In this document: positions 49,716 through 58,418 of the stretch, piece after piece
Layout of the letters: the number at the start of each line of letters is the position of its first letter
Numbering within the stretch: position 1 is the first letter of the stretch
Source of the DNA: an uncultured Azospirillum sp.
GTDB taxonomy: Bacteria; Pseudomonadota; Alphaproteobacteria; CACIAM-22H2
NCBI GenBank assembly: GCA_964416335.1
Contig: CAYQDN010000010.1
Coordinates: forward strand, 18,357-82,356
Reading direction: 5' to 3'
Length of the DNA stretch: 64,000 nt
The notes under the pieces: generated by a model
The model's input: the letters and a program-made list of their open reading frames with translations, nothing else
Database searches by the model: none
What the model was told of the DNA's origin: nothing
Program-made: the position numbers and the translations under genes

Positions 49716-51556
49716 GCGGTGTGGCGACCCGGCTGGAGGCCGAAGCGGCCGCCGACGGCACGTGGGGGCTGGAACTCGCCCTGCACGGACTTTCCGGCAC
49801 GCTCTCGTTCCTGCAGACCGGTGCGCATCCCGACGACGAGACCAGCGGCCTGCTCGCACTTCTCGTGCGCAAGCTCGGGCTCGAGGTCGGCTACGCCTGC
49901 GCCACGCGCGGCGAGGGCGGCCAGAATGCGCTGGGCCCCGAGCGGAATGCGGCACTCGGCGTCCTGCGCACGGCCGAGATGGAGGCCGCCGCCGCGCGCC
50001 TGGGCATCGCGATGCACTGGCTTGCCGAACCGTCCGACGATGCACTCCGCGATTTCGGGTTTTCCAAGAACGGGGAAGACACGCTGCGCCGCTGGGGCCA
50101 TGCCCACGCGCTCGAGCGGCTCGTGCGCTGCATCCGGCGCGCACGGCCCGACATCCTGTGCCCGAGTTTCCGCGATGTCGGCGGACAGCATGGCCATCAC
50201 CGCGCGGTCACGCGGCTGACGGCAGAGGCATTCGACCTGTCGGGCGATCCGGCGACATTTCCGCAGCACGCCGCGGAAGGACTGGCGCCGTGGGCGCCGA
50301 CGCTCCTCTATGTGCCAGCCTGGTCCGGGGCCGGCGATTCATACGACGACGAGGAGGCGCCGCCCGCCGGCCATGTGCGCTTCGACATCGGCGAATGCGA
50401 TCCGGCGAACGGCGTGCCCTATGCGCGGATCGGCGAATGGTCGCGCGCGTGCCATCGCACGCAGGAGATGGGCCAGTGGATCGAGGCGGGCCCGCGCGTC
50501 GTCGCCCTCCACCTTGCCGCACGCCGCGATGGCGGCACGTCGACCGTCGACCGGATCGGGCAGACGCTTCCGGCCACGCTCGGCGAATGGGCGAAGGAGA
50601 CGGGCAGTGCCGCCCTCGGCGACGCGCAAGGTGCCATCGACAGCGCGCGTGCCGCATCGACCGATCGTGCCGCGGTCGTGCGCCATCTCGAGATCGCGCG
50701 CCGCGCGATCGCGGCCGCGCGCGTCCCCGATCCGCTCGCCGACCGGCTTGCACGCAGCACCCTGCGCTTGAAGCGCGCGATCGCCCTTGCCGGAAACGGC
50801 GGCCGCGCGGGCCCGCCGCAGACGGCAAGGGTATCGGCACCGGCGGTCGTGCGGAACATCCCTCCCGACGGGATCGCGCGGCCGGACGGTGCGCGCGTGG
50901 CCTATCTGGGCGGTGGCCTGGACCAGGTCGGCGGCTGGCTTGGCGCCCTCGGCATCGACGTCGTCGACATGCCGGCCTTCGACGGGCAGTCGCTGGTGGG
51001 CGGCGGGTTCACGACCGCCGTCGTCGGCATCCGGGCCTTCGAGCGGCGCGACGATCTTCATGCGCACATCGATGCGCTCCACGCGTTCGTGCGCGCGGGC
51101 GGGCATCTCGTGACGCTCTATCACCGGGCGGACAAGGGCTGGCAGCCCGCGCGCACGCCGCTTGCGCGCATCGAGATCGGCCGGCCGAGCATCCGCTGGC
51201 GCGTCTGCGATCCGGCGGCACCGGTCGGCGTCGCGGCGCCCGGCCACCGGCTGCTGACCGCGCCGAACGCGATCGGGCCGGCCGACTGGGCCGGCTGGCG
51301 GCGCGAGCGCGGCCTCTGTTTCGCCAGCGCTTGGGATCCGGCCTATGTTCCGCTGTTCGGCATGGCGGACCCGGGCGAGGTACCGCTCCAGGGCGGGCTG
51401 CTGAGCGGCCGGTTCGGCCGCGGGCGGCACACGCATGTGGCGCTGGCCCTGCACAACGAGATCGAGTTCGGCACGACCGGGGCGTTGCGGCTGTTGTGCA
51501 ACCTCGTGGCACCGGAACCCGTCGAAGCCTCCGGGACGGAGCCGGTTTGCGCATGA
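49712..51556 (+). CDS. PIG-L/LmbE-family deacetylase with C-terminal GATase-like domain
   Basis: GAHPDDE, TRGEGGQN, DFGFSK, HGHH, HRTQ; C-terminal VVGIRAF, GGHLV, ERGL; ATGA coupling. Confidence 0.85.
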   Translation: MSGVATRLEAEAAADGTWGLELALHGLSGTLSFLQTGAHPDDETSGLLALLVRKLGLEVGYACATRGEGGQNALGPERNAALGVLRTAEMEAAAARLGIAMHWLAEPSDDALRDFGFSKNGEDTLRRWGHAHALERLVRCIRRARPDILCPSFRDVGGQHGHHRAVTRLTAEAFDLSGDPATFPQHAAEGLAPWAPTLLYVPAWSGAGDSYDDEEAPPAGHVRFDIGECDPANGVPYARIGEWSRACHRTQEMGQWIEAGPRVVALHLAARRDGGTSTVDRIGQTLPATLGEWAKETGSAALGDAQGAIDSARAASTDRAAVVRHLEIARRAIAAARVPDPLADRLARSTLRLKRAIALAGNGGRAGPPQTARVSAPAVVRNIPPDGIARPDGARVAYLGGGLDQVGGWLGALGIDVVDMPAFDGQSLVGGGFTTAVVGIRAFERRDDLHAHIDALHAFVRAGGHLVTLYHRADKGWQPARTPLARIEIGRPSIRWRVCDPAAPVGVAAPGHRLLTAPNAIGPADWAGWRRERGLCFASAWDPAYVPLFGMADPGEVPLQGGLLSGRFGRGRHTHVALALHNEIEFGTTGALRLLCNLVAPEPVEASGTEPVCA

Positions 51557-52905
51557 CGACAGCCGCCGAGCGCCAGCAGGTCCGCATTTCCGCCGCACTG
51601 CGCGCGGCCGAAATCGGCGGCATCCGCCTGGCCCGGAACGGCCGCATCGGCGCGCTGGCGGTGCTCGCCGTCTGGCAGGCGGTCGTATCGCCGGTCCCGC
51701 AGGTCTTCTACTTCGAAGGGTTGATCGCCCTGTTCGCGGTGATCGGCCAGGCCCAGGTCGTCGTCAGCCGGCAGTCGGGGCGCTGGCATTCGCTGCTCTA
51801 TCTTCTGTGCCTGGCCGACGCGCTGCTGCTGACATACGCGCTCACCGTTCCCAATCCATGGGCCGCACCCGAGATCGTGCCCGCGATGTTCTTCCATTTC
51901 CCGCAGTTCGGCTATTTCTACCTGCTCCCGGTTTTCTCGCTGCTCAGCTACTCCCCGCCGCTCGTCCTGTGGTCGGGCTTCGCGGCGTGCCTTGGATGGG
52001 CGGCGGGACTGTTGCGGGCACTCGCCACGCCCGGAACGATGACCGTGCACGACTATGCCGGGCCGCAGCCGGCCACGCACGCCGATGCGATGGCGTTCAT
52101 CTCGAACCCGCTCTACATCGACCTTCCCTCGCGCATCGAAGACATGGTCATCCTGATGATCGTGTCGGGCCTGCTGGCGCTGGCCGTCGGACGGATGCGC
52201 CATCTCGTGCGCGCCCAGGCGATGGCCGAACGCGCACGCGCCAATCTGGTGCGGTACTTCTCGCCGAACATGGTCGACGAGCTGTCGGCGCTCGACCGGC
52301 CGTTCGCCGAGGTCCGGACGCAGGATGTCGCGATCCTGTTCGTCGACATCGTCGGTTTCACGCGCCTGTGCGAGGCGCTGGCGCCGGCCGCGTCGATCGA
52401 GCTGCTGCGCGCCTTCCATCGCCGCATGGAGCAGGCGGTGTTCGACCACGGCGGGACGCTCGACAAATTCCTCGGCGACGGCGTCATGGCGACGTTCGGG
52501 ACACCGCGCCCGGGCGAACGCGACGCGGCCAACGCGCTCGCCTGCGCCCGCGCGATGCTCGCCGCGATGCGCGACTGGAATGCCGACCGGACCCGGCAGG
52601 GCCTGCGCGAGATCCGCATCGGGATCGGCGCGCATACGGGCTCCGTCGTCCTTGGCGATGTCGGCAGCGACCGCCATGTCGAGTTCGCGGTCCTTGGCGA
52701 TGCGGTCAACGTCGCCAGCCGTCTCGAGACCCTGACGCGCGAGCTCGATGCCGGCATCGTCATCAGCGCGGATCTGGCGCGCCTTGCAAGCGCGCAGGGC
52801 GGGCCGTCCATTCTGGACGGATTCTCGCCGGCATCGGAACGCGCACTCCGGGGCCGCAAGGACCCGATCGCCGTCCATGCGCTGCCTTATTCCCGATCGG
52901 GGTGA
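51553..52905 (+). CDS. Membrane-anchored class III adenylate/guanylate cyclase
   Basis: About 6 TM helices; RYFSP, LFVDIVGFT, DKFLGDG, IGIGAHTG, GDAVNVASRLE. Confidence 0.9.
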   Translation: MTTAAERQQVRISAALRAAEIGGIRLARNGRIGALAVLAVWQAVVSPVPQVFYFEGLIALFAVIGQAQVVVSRQSGRWHSLLYLLCLADALLLTYALTVPNPWAAPEIVPAMFFHFPQFGYFYLLPVFSLLSYSPPLVLWSGFAACLGWAAGLLRALATPGTMTVHDYAGPQPATHADAMAFISNPLYIDLPSRIEDMVILMIVSGLLALAVGRMRHLVRAQAMAERARANLVRYFSPNMVDELSALDRPFAEVRTQDVAILFVDIVGFTRLCEALAPAASIELLRAFHRRMEQAVFDHGGTLDKFLGDGVMATFGTPRPGERDAANALACARAMLAAMRDWNADRTRQGLREIRIGIGAHTGSVVLGDVGSDRHVEFAVLGDAVNVASRLETLTRELDAGIVISADLARLASAQGGPSILDGFSPASERALRGRKDPIAVHALPYSRSG

Positions 52906-52918
52906 GGTCGGCGCCCGG

Positions 52919-53578
52919 TCAGACCGTCTCGCCGCGGAAATCGCGGATGACGGCGGCGGCCCCGATCGCGCGCAGGGGATGTGCCGCGTCGATCGCCTTG
53001 GCGTGCACGTCCACGCCGACCGTCCGGATGCCGGCGGCCACGCCGGCCTTCACGCCGGCGGCGGAATCCTCGTAGACGCGCGCTTCGTCCGCCGATACGC
53101 CGAGCCGCCCGAGCGCCGTGAGATAGGGCAGCGGGTCGGGCTTGCCGCGGGTAAGCTCGTCGCCGATGACGAGCGTTTCGAAGATCGTGCCGAGGCCGAG
53201 CTTGCCGAGGATCAGTTCGGCATTCGCGCGGGGTGCATTGGTGACGGCCGCCAGCCGCGTTCCCTGTTCGCGCGCACGGTCGAGCAGTTCGCCGAGCCCG
53301 GGTGTCGGCACCAGGCTGTCGAGCAGCGTGCGGAACAGGCCTTCCTTGCGGTCGGGCAGCGCGCGCGCGATCGCCGGGTCGATGCCGGCGAAATTGCGCG
53401 CGACGATGGCGTCGCTCGTCAGGCCGACGAAGTTCGCCATGTAATGGTCGAGGGCGACCGAAATGCCGAGCGGTTTCAGGACGCGCGTCCAGGATTCGAA
53501 ATGGACGGCCTCGGTATCGGTCAGCGTTCCGTCGATGTCGAAGAGAAGGGCGCGCAGGCGGGGCAGGGAAGCGGGCAC
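52919..53578 (-). CDS. HAD-IA phosphatase (beta-PGM/CbbY-like)
   Basis: LFDIDGTLTDT, VTNA, GKPDP, YEDS. GTG start 53578 inferred. Confidence 0.87.
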   Translation of the reverse strand: MPASLPRLRALLFDIDGTLTDTEAVHFESWTRVLKPLGISVALDHYMANFVGLTSDAIVARNFAGIDPAIARALPDRKEGLFRTLLDSLVPTPGLGELLDRAREQGTRLAAVTNAPRANAELILGKLGLGTIFETLVIGDELTRGKPDPLPYLTALGRLGVSADEARVYEDSAAGVKAGVAAGIRTVGVDVHAKAIDAAHPLRAIGAAAVIRDFRGETV

Positions 53579-53579
53579 G

Positions 53580-53718
53580 ATACGTAGTATTCCTACATGG
53601 CGACGGGTCACGGAAAATCCGCTTGATTCGGCACTTGTTACGAGTATATGACAATCCGGAACGGCTTGCAGGGCCAAATTTGGACCCGTACCCCTGCAAA
53701 TACGTAACAAAAATACAT
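53580..53718. promoter_or_regulatory. Two HexR/RpiR-like boxes in the divergent HAD/SBP promoter region
   Basis: ATACGTA-GTATTCC-TACAT (53580-53598) and ATACGTA-ACAAAAA-TACAT (53700-53718), 120 bp apart. Confidence 0.5.
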
Positions 53719-53760
53719 CGCCCCTCAGGCAGCTGACAGGGGCGGGAACCGGAGGAACCG

Positions 53761-54795
53761 ATGTTCAAGAAAGCATTCGCGCTGACGGCCCTATCGCTCG
53801 GCACCTTCCTGGTGCCGATTGCATCCGCACAGGCGCAGGGCACGCTGAACCTGTCCTGCTCGGTGCAGGTCGAATGGTGCCAGGCCGTCGCGACCAGCTT
53901 CCAGAAGGCGACCGGCATCAACGTGGCGATGACGCAGCGCGGCTCGGGCGAGGCATTGGCCCAGCTGCGCGCCGAAGCGCAGAACCCGCGCACCGACGTG
54001 TGGTTCGGCGGGACCGGCGATCCGCACCTGATCGCGGCCGAAGAGAATCTGACCGTCGACTACAAGTCGGCCGCCAACGGCCAGCTGCAGGCCTGGGCGC
54101 TGCGCCAGTACGAGATTTCCAAGGGCCGCTCGATCGGCATCTATTCGGGCGCCATCGGCTTCGGCTTCAACAAGGAGCTGCTCGCCAAGAAGAACATCCC
54201 CGCGCCCGCGAGCTGGGCCGACATCCTGAAGCCGGAATACAAGGGCGAGATCCAGATCGCCAATCCGAACTCGTCGGGAACGGCCTATGTCGTGATCGCC
54301 ACGCTCGTCCAGCTGATGGGCGAGCCCAAGGCGTTCGAGTATCTGGCCGCCATGCACAAGAACGTCAACGCCTATGCCCGCTCGGGCACCGGCCCGATCA
54401 AGGCGGTCGCGCGCGGCGAGACGGCCGTGTCGCTGTCGTTCGTGCACGATGCGGTGACGGAGGCCAACGCGGGCTTCCCGGTCGGCTGGGCCACGCCCAG
54501 CGAAGGGACGGGCTACGAGATCGGCTCGATGTCGATCGTGCGCGGGACGCGCAACGTGACGCAGGCCCGCCGTTTCTACGACTGGGCGCTGACGCCCGAG
54601 GCCCAGCGCCTCGGCTTCGAGGCCGGCGGCCAGCTCCAGATGCCGTCCAACAAGTCGGCACCGCTGCCGCCCAACGCCCCCGACCTCTCGAAGCTGAAGC
54701 TCGTCGAGTACGACTTCGTCAAGTACGGGCAGGCGTCCGAGCGCCGCCGCCTGCTGGCGAAGTGGGACGCCGAGATCGGCTCGCTGCCGCGCTGA
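53761..54795 (+). CDS. AfuA-like ABC substrate-binding protein (likely sugar-phosphate)
   Basis: CSVQVEWC, DVWFGGTGDPH, NPNSSGTAY, FVHD, GTGYEIG; GGAGG RBS. Confidence 0.9.
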   Translation: MFKKAFALTALSLGTFLVPIASAQAQGTLNLSCSVQVEWCQAVATSFQKATGINVAMTQRGSGEALAQLRAEAQNPRTDVWFGGTGDPHLIAAEENLTVDYKSAANGQLQAWALRQYEISKGRSIGIYSGAIGFGFNKELLAKKNIPAPASWADILKPEYKGEIQIANPNSSGTAYVVIATLVQLMGEPKAFEYLAAMHKNVNAYARSGTGPIKAVARGETAVSLSFVHDAVTEANAGFPVGWATPSEGTGYEIGSMSIVRGTRNVTQARRFYDWALTPEAQRLGFEAGGQLQMPSNKSAPLPPNAPDLSKLKLVEYDFVKYGQASERRRLLAKWDAEIGSLPR

Positions 54796-54818
54796 CGCAG
54801 CCGGCGGGGGATTCCCGG

Positions 54819-57029
54819 ATGAAACGCCTCGACCCGGCGGCCGCATGGTGGCTCGCCGCCGCCTTCGGCTTTGCCGTGCTGCCGTGGCACATGGCGCAGG
54901 AGCCGCTGGCGCTGGCCGGCTATTTCGCGCCGTTCGCCGACGATGCCGATGCGGCATCGGCATTGGCGCAAGCCGCGTGGCACGGGCGGCCGTGGTTCTG
55001 GCCGATCGCGGCGGCCTTGCTGCTGGCATTGCCGGCCCTGCGGCCGGGAACCGGGCGCCCGGCGAAGGCGCGCTGGCTTCTGGCCGGCGGGCTCTTCGGG
55101 CTTGCGGCCCTCGTGCTGCAGGGCTGGCTCATCGGCGTGCGCGGGTGGAGCTATGGCTGGCTCGACGCCGCGTTCGGCATGCTCGACGAGCGCCAGTTCG
55201 GCATCGGCTGGGGCGGGTCGGTCGCGTTCCTCGCCTTCATGCTGATGGCGACCGACGGGCTCGCGTTGAAGGGCCGCTTCGGCGGCGACCGGTTCGTTGC
55301 CGCCAGCGTGGGCACGCTCGTCGCGTCCATCACGATCTTCACGGTCTGGCCGGTGCTCACGCTGCTGGGACAGATCTTCACGGCACCCGCCGACCAGACG
55401 CTGCTGGCCGCGACCGCCGACCGGCTGCTTGCACCCAAGATCTGGAGCCTCGCCTGCGTGGTTTCCGGATCGAGCTGCGGGGTCGCGTGGAACACCGTCG
55501 TTCTGGCGGCCTCGACGGCAAGCTTGGCCACGCTGCTGGGGCTTGCCTTTGCACTCATCGTCACGCGCACGGGCTTCCGTTTCAAGAAGCCGCTGCGCCT
55601 GCTCACGGTGATGCCGATCATTACCCCACCCTTCGTCATCAGCCTCGGCCTCATCCTCATCTTCGGGCGCTCCGGGCTGGTCAACCAGGCCGCGAGCGCG
55701 TGGTTCGGCGTCGAGCTCGGCCGCTGGATCTACGGGTTCGGCGGCGTGCTGCTGGCGCAGGTCTTCAGCTTCACGCCCACGGCCTTCCTCGTTCTGATCG
55801 GCGTGGTCGAGGGCATTTCGCCCACGATGGAGGAAGCGACGCAGACGCTGCGCGCCAGCCCGATGCGCGCCTTCCGCACCGTCACGCTGCCGCTGATGCG
55901 TCCGGGCCTCGCCAACGCGTTCCTCGTGGTGTTCATCGAGAGCATCGCCGATTTCGGCAATCCGATCGTGCTGGGCGGCTCGTTCGGCGTGCTGTCGACC
56001 GAGATCTTCTTCGCCGTCGTCGGCGCTCAGGCCGATTTCGGCCGCTCGGCCACGCTGGCGACGATCCTGCTCGCCTATGCGCTGGTGGCCTTCTTCGTGC
56101 AGCGTCGCGTGGTCGGCCGCGGCTCGTACGTGTCGATGTCGGGCAAGGGCGACGCCGGCCTTGCCTCGCCGCTGCCGCGTGCCGTCGAACGGACGGCGTT
56201 CGCACTGGCCCTGCCATGGGCGACGCTGACGGTCGCGATCTACGTGCTCGCCCTGTCCGGCGGCTTCGTCACGGTGTGGGGGCGCGACTGGACGCCGACG
56301 CTGTCGCATTTCGTGCGCGCCTTCTCGGTCGATTTCGGGGCGGGCGGCATCGTCTGGTCGGGCGGGGCGTGGAACTCGTTCTGGACGACGATCAAGCTTG
56401 CCGGCATTGCCGCCCCGATCACCGCCGCACTCGGCCTGTTGGCCGCCTGGGTACTGGCGCGCCAGCGCTTCGCCGGACGTGCCGTCCTCGAATTCGCACT
56501 CATGCTCAGCTTCTGCGTGCCCGGCACGGTCATCGGCGTGGCCTACGTCCTCACCTACAACGTGCCGCCGATCGAGATCACGGGGACCGCGATGGTGCTC
56601 GTCGCGTGCTTCATCTTCCGCAACATGCCGGTGGGCGTGCGTTCGGGCCTCGCCGCGATCAGCCAGCTCGACCGCAGCCTCGACGAGGCGTCGGCGACGT
56701 TGCGCGCCTCGACCGCGCGCACGCTGCGCAAGGTGGTGCTGCCGCTGCTGAAGCCGGCCATCGTTACCGCCCTGATCTACAGCTTCGTGCGCGCGATGAC
56801 GACGGTCAGCGGCGTCATCTTCCTCGTCTCGGCGCAGCACGAGATGGCGACCGTCTACATCATCAACCGCGTCATCAACGGCGATTACGGTATTGCCATC
56901 GCCTACGCCACGGTCCTGATCCTGCTGATGATGGCCGCCATCGGGCTCATCCAGCTGCTGGTCGGCCGCCGCCGCATCGGCCGGCGCACGCCCGTTGCCG
57001 TACCGCCCGCCCTCGGAGCCCGCGCATGA
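54819..57029 (+). CDS. AfuB-like double-domain ABC permease
   Basis: PIITPPFV, MEEATQTL, ESIADFGNP, LDEASATL; start MKRLDP. Confidence 0.9.
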   Translation: MKRLDPAAAWWLAAAFGFAVLPWHMAQEPLALAGYFAPFADDADAASALAQAAWHGRPWFWPIAAALLLALPALRPGTGRPAKARWLLAGGLFGLAALVLQGWLIGVRGWSYGWLDAAFGMLDERQFGIGWGGSVAFLAFMLMATDGLALKGRFGGDRFVAASVGTLVASITIFTVWPVLTLLGQIFTAPADQTLLAATADRLLAPKIWSLACVVSGSSCGVAWNTVVLAASTASLATLLGLAFALIVTRTGFRFKKPLRLLTVMPIITPPFVISLGLILIFGRSGLVNQAASAWFGVELGRWIYGFGGVLLAQVFSFTPTAFLVLIGVVEGISPTMEEATQTLRASPMRAFRTVTLPLMRPGLANAFLVVFIESIADFGNPIVLGGSFGVLSTEIFFAVVGAQADFGRSATLATILLAYALVAFFVQRRVVGRGSYVSMSGKGDAGLASPLPRAVERTAFALALPWATLTVAIYVLALSGGFVTVWGRDWTPTLSHFVRAFSVDFGAGGIVWSGGAWNSFWTTIKLAGIAAPITAALGLLAAWVLARQRFAGRAVLEFALMLSFCVPGTVIGVAYVLTYNVPPIEITGTAMVLVACFIFRNMPVGVRSGLAAISQLDRSLDEASATLRASTARTLRKVVLPLLKPAIVTALIYSFVRAMTTVSGVIFLVSAQHEMATVYIINRVINGDYGIAIAYATVLILLMMAAIGLIQLLVGRRRIGRRTPVAVPPALGARA

Positions 57030-58099
57030 CCGACACGACACGCAAGAACGCCGGGGTGCGCCTCCGGGACATCGTCAAGCGCTATGGCAGCGTCGTTGCC
57101 GTCAAGCAGCTGTCGCTCGACATCCGGCCGGGCACGCTCGTCACGCTGCTGGGCCCGTCGGGCTGCGGGAAGACGACGCTGCTGCGGATGGTCGCCGGGC
57201 TCGAGGAGCCCAGTGCGGGCACGATCGGGATCGGCGGCATCGACGTCACGCATCTTTCGGCGCGCGAACGCAACGTCTCGATGGTGTTCCAGTCCTATGC
57301 GCTGTTCCCGCACATGGACGTGGCGGAGAACGTCGCCTACGGCCTCGTCTCCAGCGGCATGAACAAGTCGGATGCCGCCGCGAAGGCGACGCGTGCGCTG
57401 GAGACGGTGGGGCTTGCCGGCTATGGCGAGCGGCTGCCGTCCGAGATGTCGGGCGGGCAGCAGCAGCGCGTGGCGGTGGCGCGCGCCCTGGTGCTCGAGC
57501 CCGACGTGCTGCTGTTCGACGAACCGCTCTCCAATCTCGACGCGCGCCTGCGCCGCTCGATGCGCGAGGAAATCCGCGCCCTCCAGCAGTCGCTCGGCCT
57601 CACGGCGATCTATGTCACGCACGACCAGAGCGAAGCGCTCGCCGTCTCCGACACCATCGTGGTGATGCGCGCGGCGGAGATCGCGCAGGCCGGCACGCCG
57701 GCCGAGCTTTACGACGCGCCCCGCGACGTGTTCGTGGCGACCTTCATGGGCGAGGCGAACCATGTGCGCGCCCGGCTGGATGCGAAGAGCGGGGAGCGCG
57801 GGCGCGTGGCGCTCGACCGCGCGTTCGTCGACCTGCCGCACCGCGACCTGCCGCTGGGGCCGGTCGATCTCGTCATCCGGCCCGAGGCGATCTCGCTTGC
57901 AGCACCCGATGCGGCCGGCGACGCCCTGGCAGGGAAGGTGGCGCGCGCCACCTTCATGGGTTCGCATGTCGAGTATCATGTGGATACGGCGCTGGGCGAC
58001 CTGTTCGCGGTGATCCCGCGCGCGGCGGTCTTCCGCGCCGTGGGCTCGGACGTGCGCGTCGTGCTCGATCCGAAGGGCGCCATCCTCGTCCGGTCCTGA
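57026..58099 (+). CDS. AfuC-like ABC ATPase
   Basis: GPSGCGKT, MSGGQQQR, DEPLSNLD, FMGEAN. Confidence 0.92.
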   Translation: MTDTTRKNAGVRLRDIVKRYGSVVAVKQLSLDIRPGTLVTLLGPSGCGKTTLLRMVAGLEEPSAGTIGIGGIDVTHLSARERNVSMVFQSYALFPHMDVAENVAYGLVSSGMNKSDAAAKATRALETVGLAGYGERLPSEMSGGQQQRVAVARALVLEPDVLLFDEPLSNLDARLRRSMREEIRALQQSLGLTAIYVTHDQSEALAVSDTIVVMRAAEIAQAGTPAELYDAPRDVFVATFMGEANHVRARLDAKSGERGRVALDRAFVDLPHRDLPLGPVDLVIRPEAISLAAPDAAGDALAGKVARATFMGSHVEYHVDTALGDLFAVIPRAAVFRAVGSDVRVVLDPKGAILVRS

Positions 58100-58120
58100 A
58101 TCCCGGATAGGCCTATTTTC

Positions 58121-58149
58121 TTGACAACCGGAGCGCGTTCTTTCATCCT
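58121..58149 (+). promoter_or_regulatory. Sigma70-like promoter
   Basis: TTGACA-N17-CATCCT. Confidence 0.55.
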
Positions 58150-58418
58150 GCCGTCGGTTCGACGTGCTGTTTGACAGGGTGAATAGGACTGCCCGGCCAC
58201 GCGCCCCGACAAGGTGCGTGGCGACGCTTGGCTGCATCTGCTGCGATGTTGGCGTAACGTCGTTCGTGTTGCAGTAACATTGCTGCAACTTCAATGGGAT
58301 AAATACGTTACCGTAACCTATTGTCGCCTATTGCCGGGATGCGGCATTGCTTGCGGTCATGGAGAAATCATGGAACAAAAATAAATCCGGTTTTTCAAGT
58401 GACAGGCGGGAACAGGCA

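Noticed and set aside
49663-58099. Very long alternative ORFs (49663-52905, 53874-57029, 54845-58099, 54576-57041; also 2690-5830 and 12345-14933)
   Set aside because: Arg/Ala/Pro-rich off-frame or antisense shadows typical of high-GC DNA. The real genes are the C-terminal parts with their own starts, so these are not fusions.
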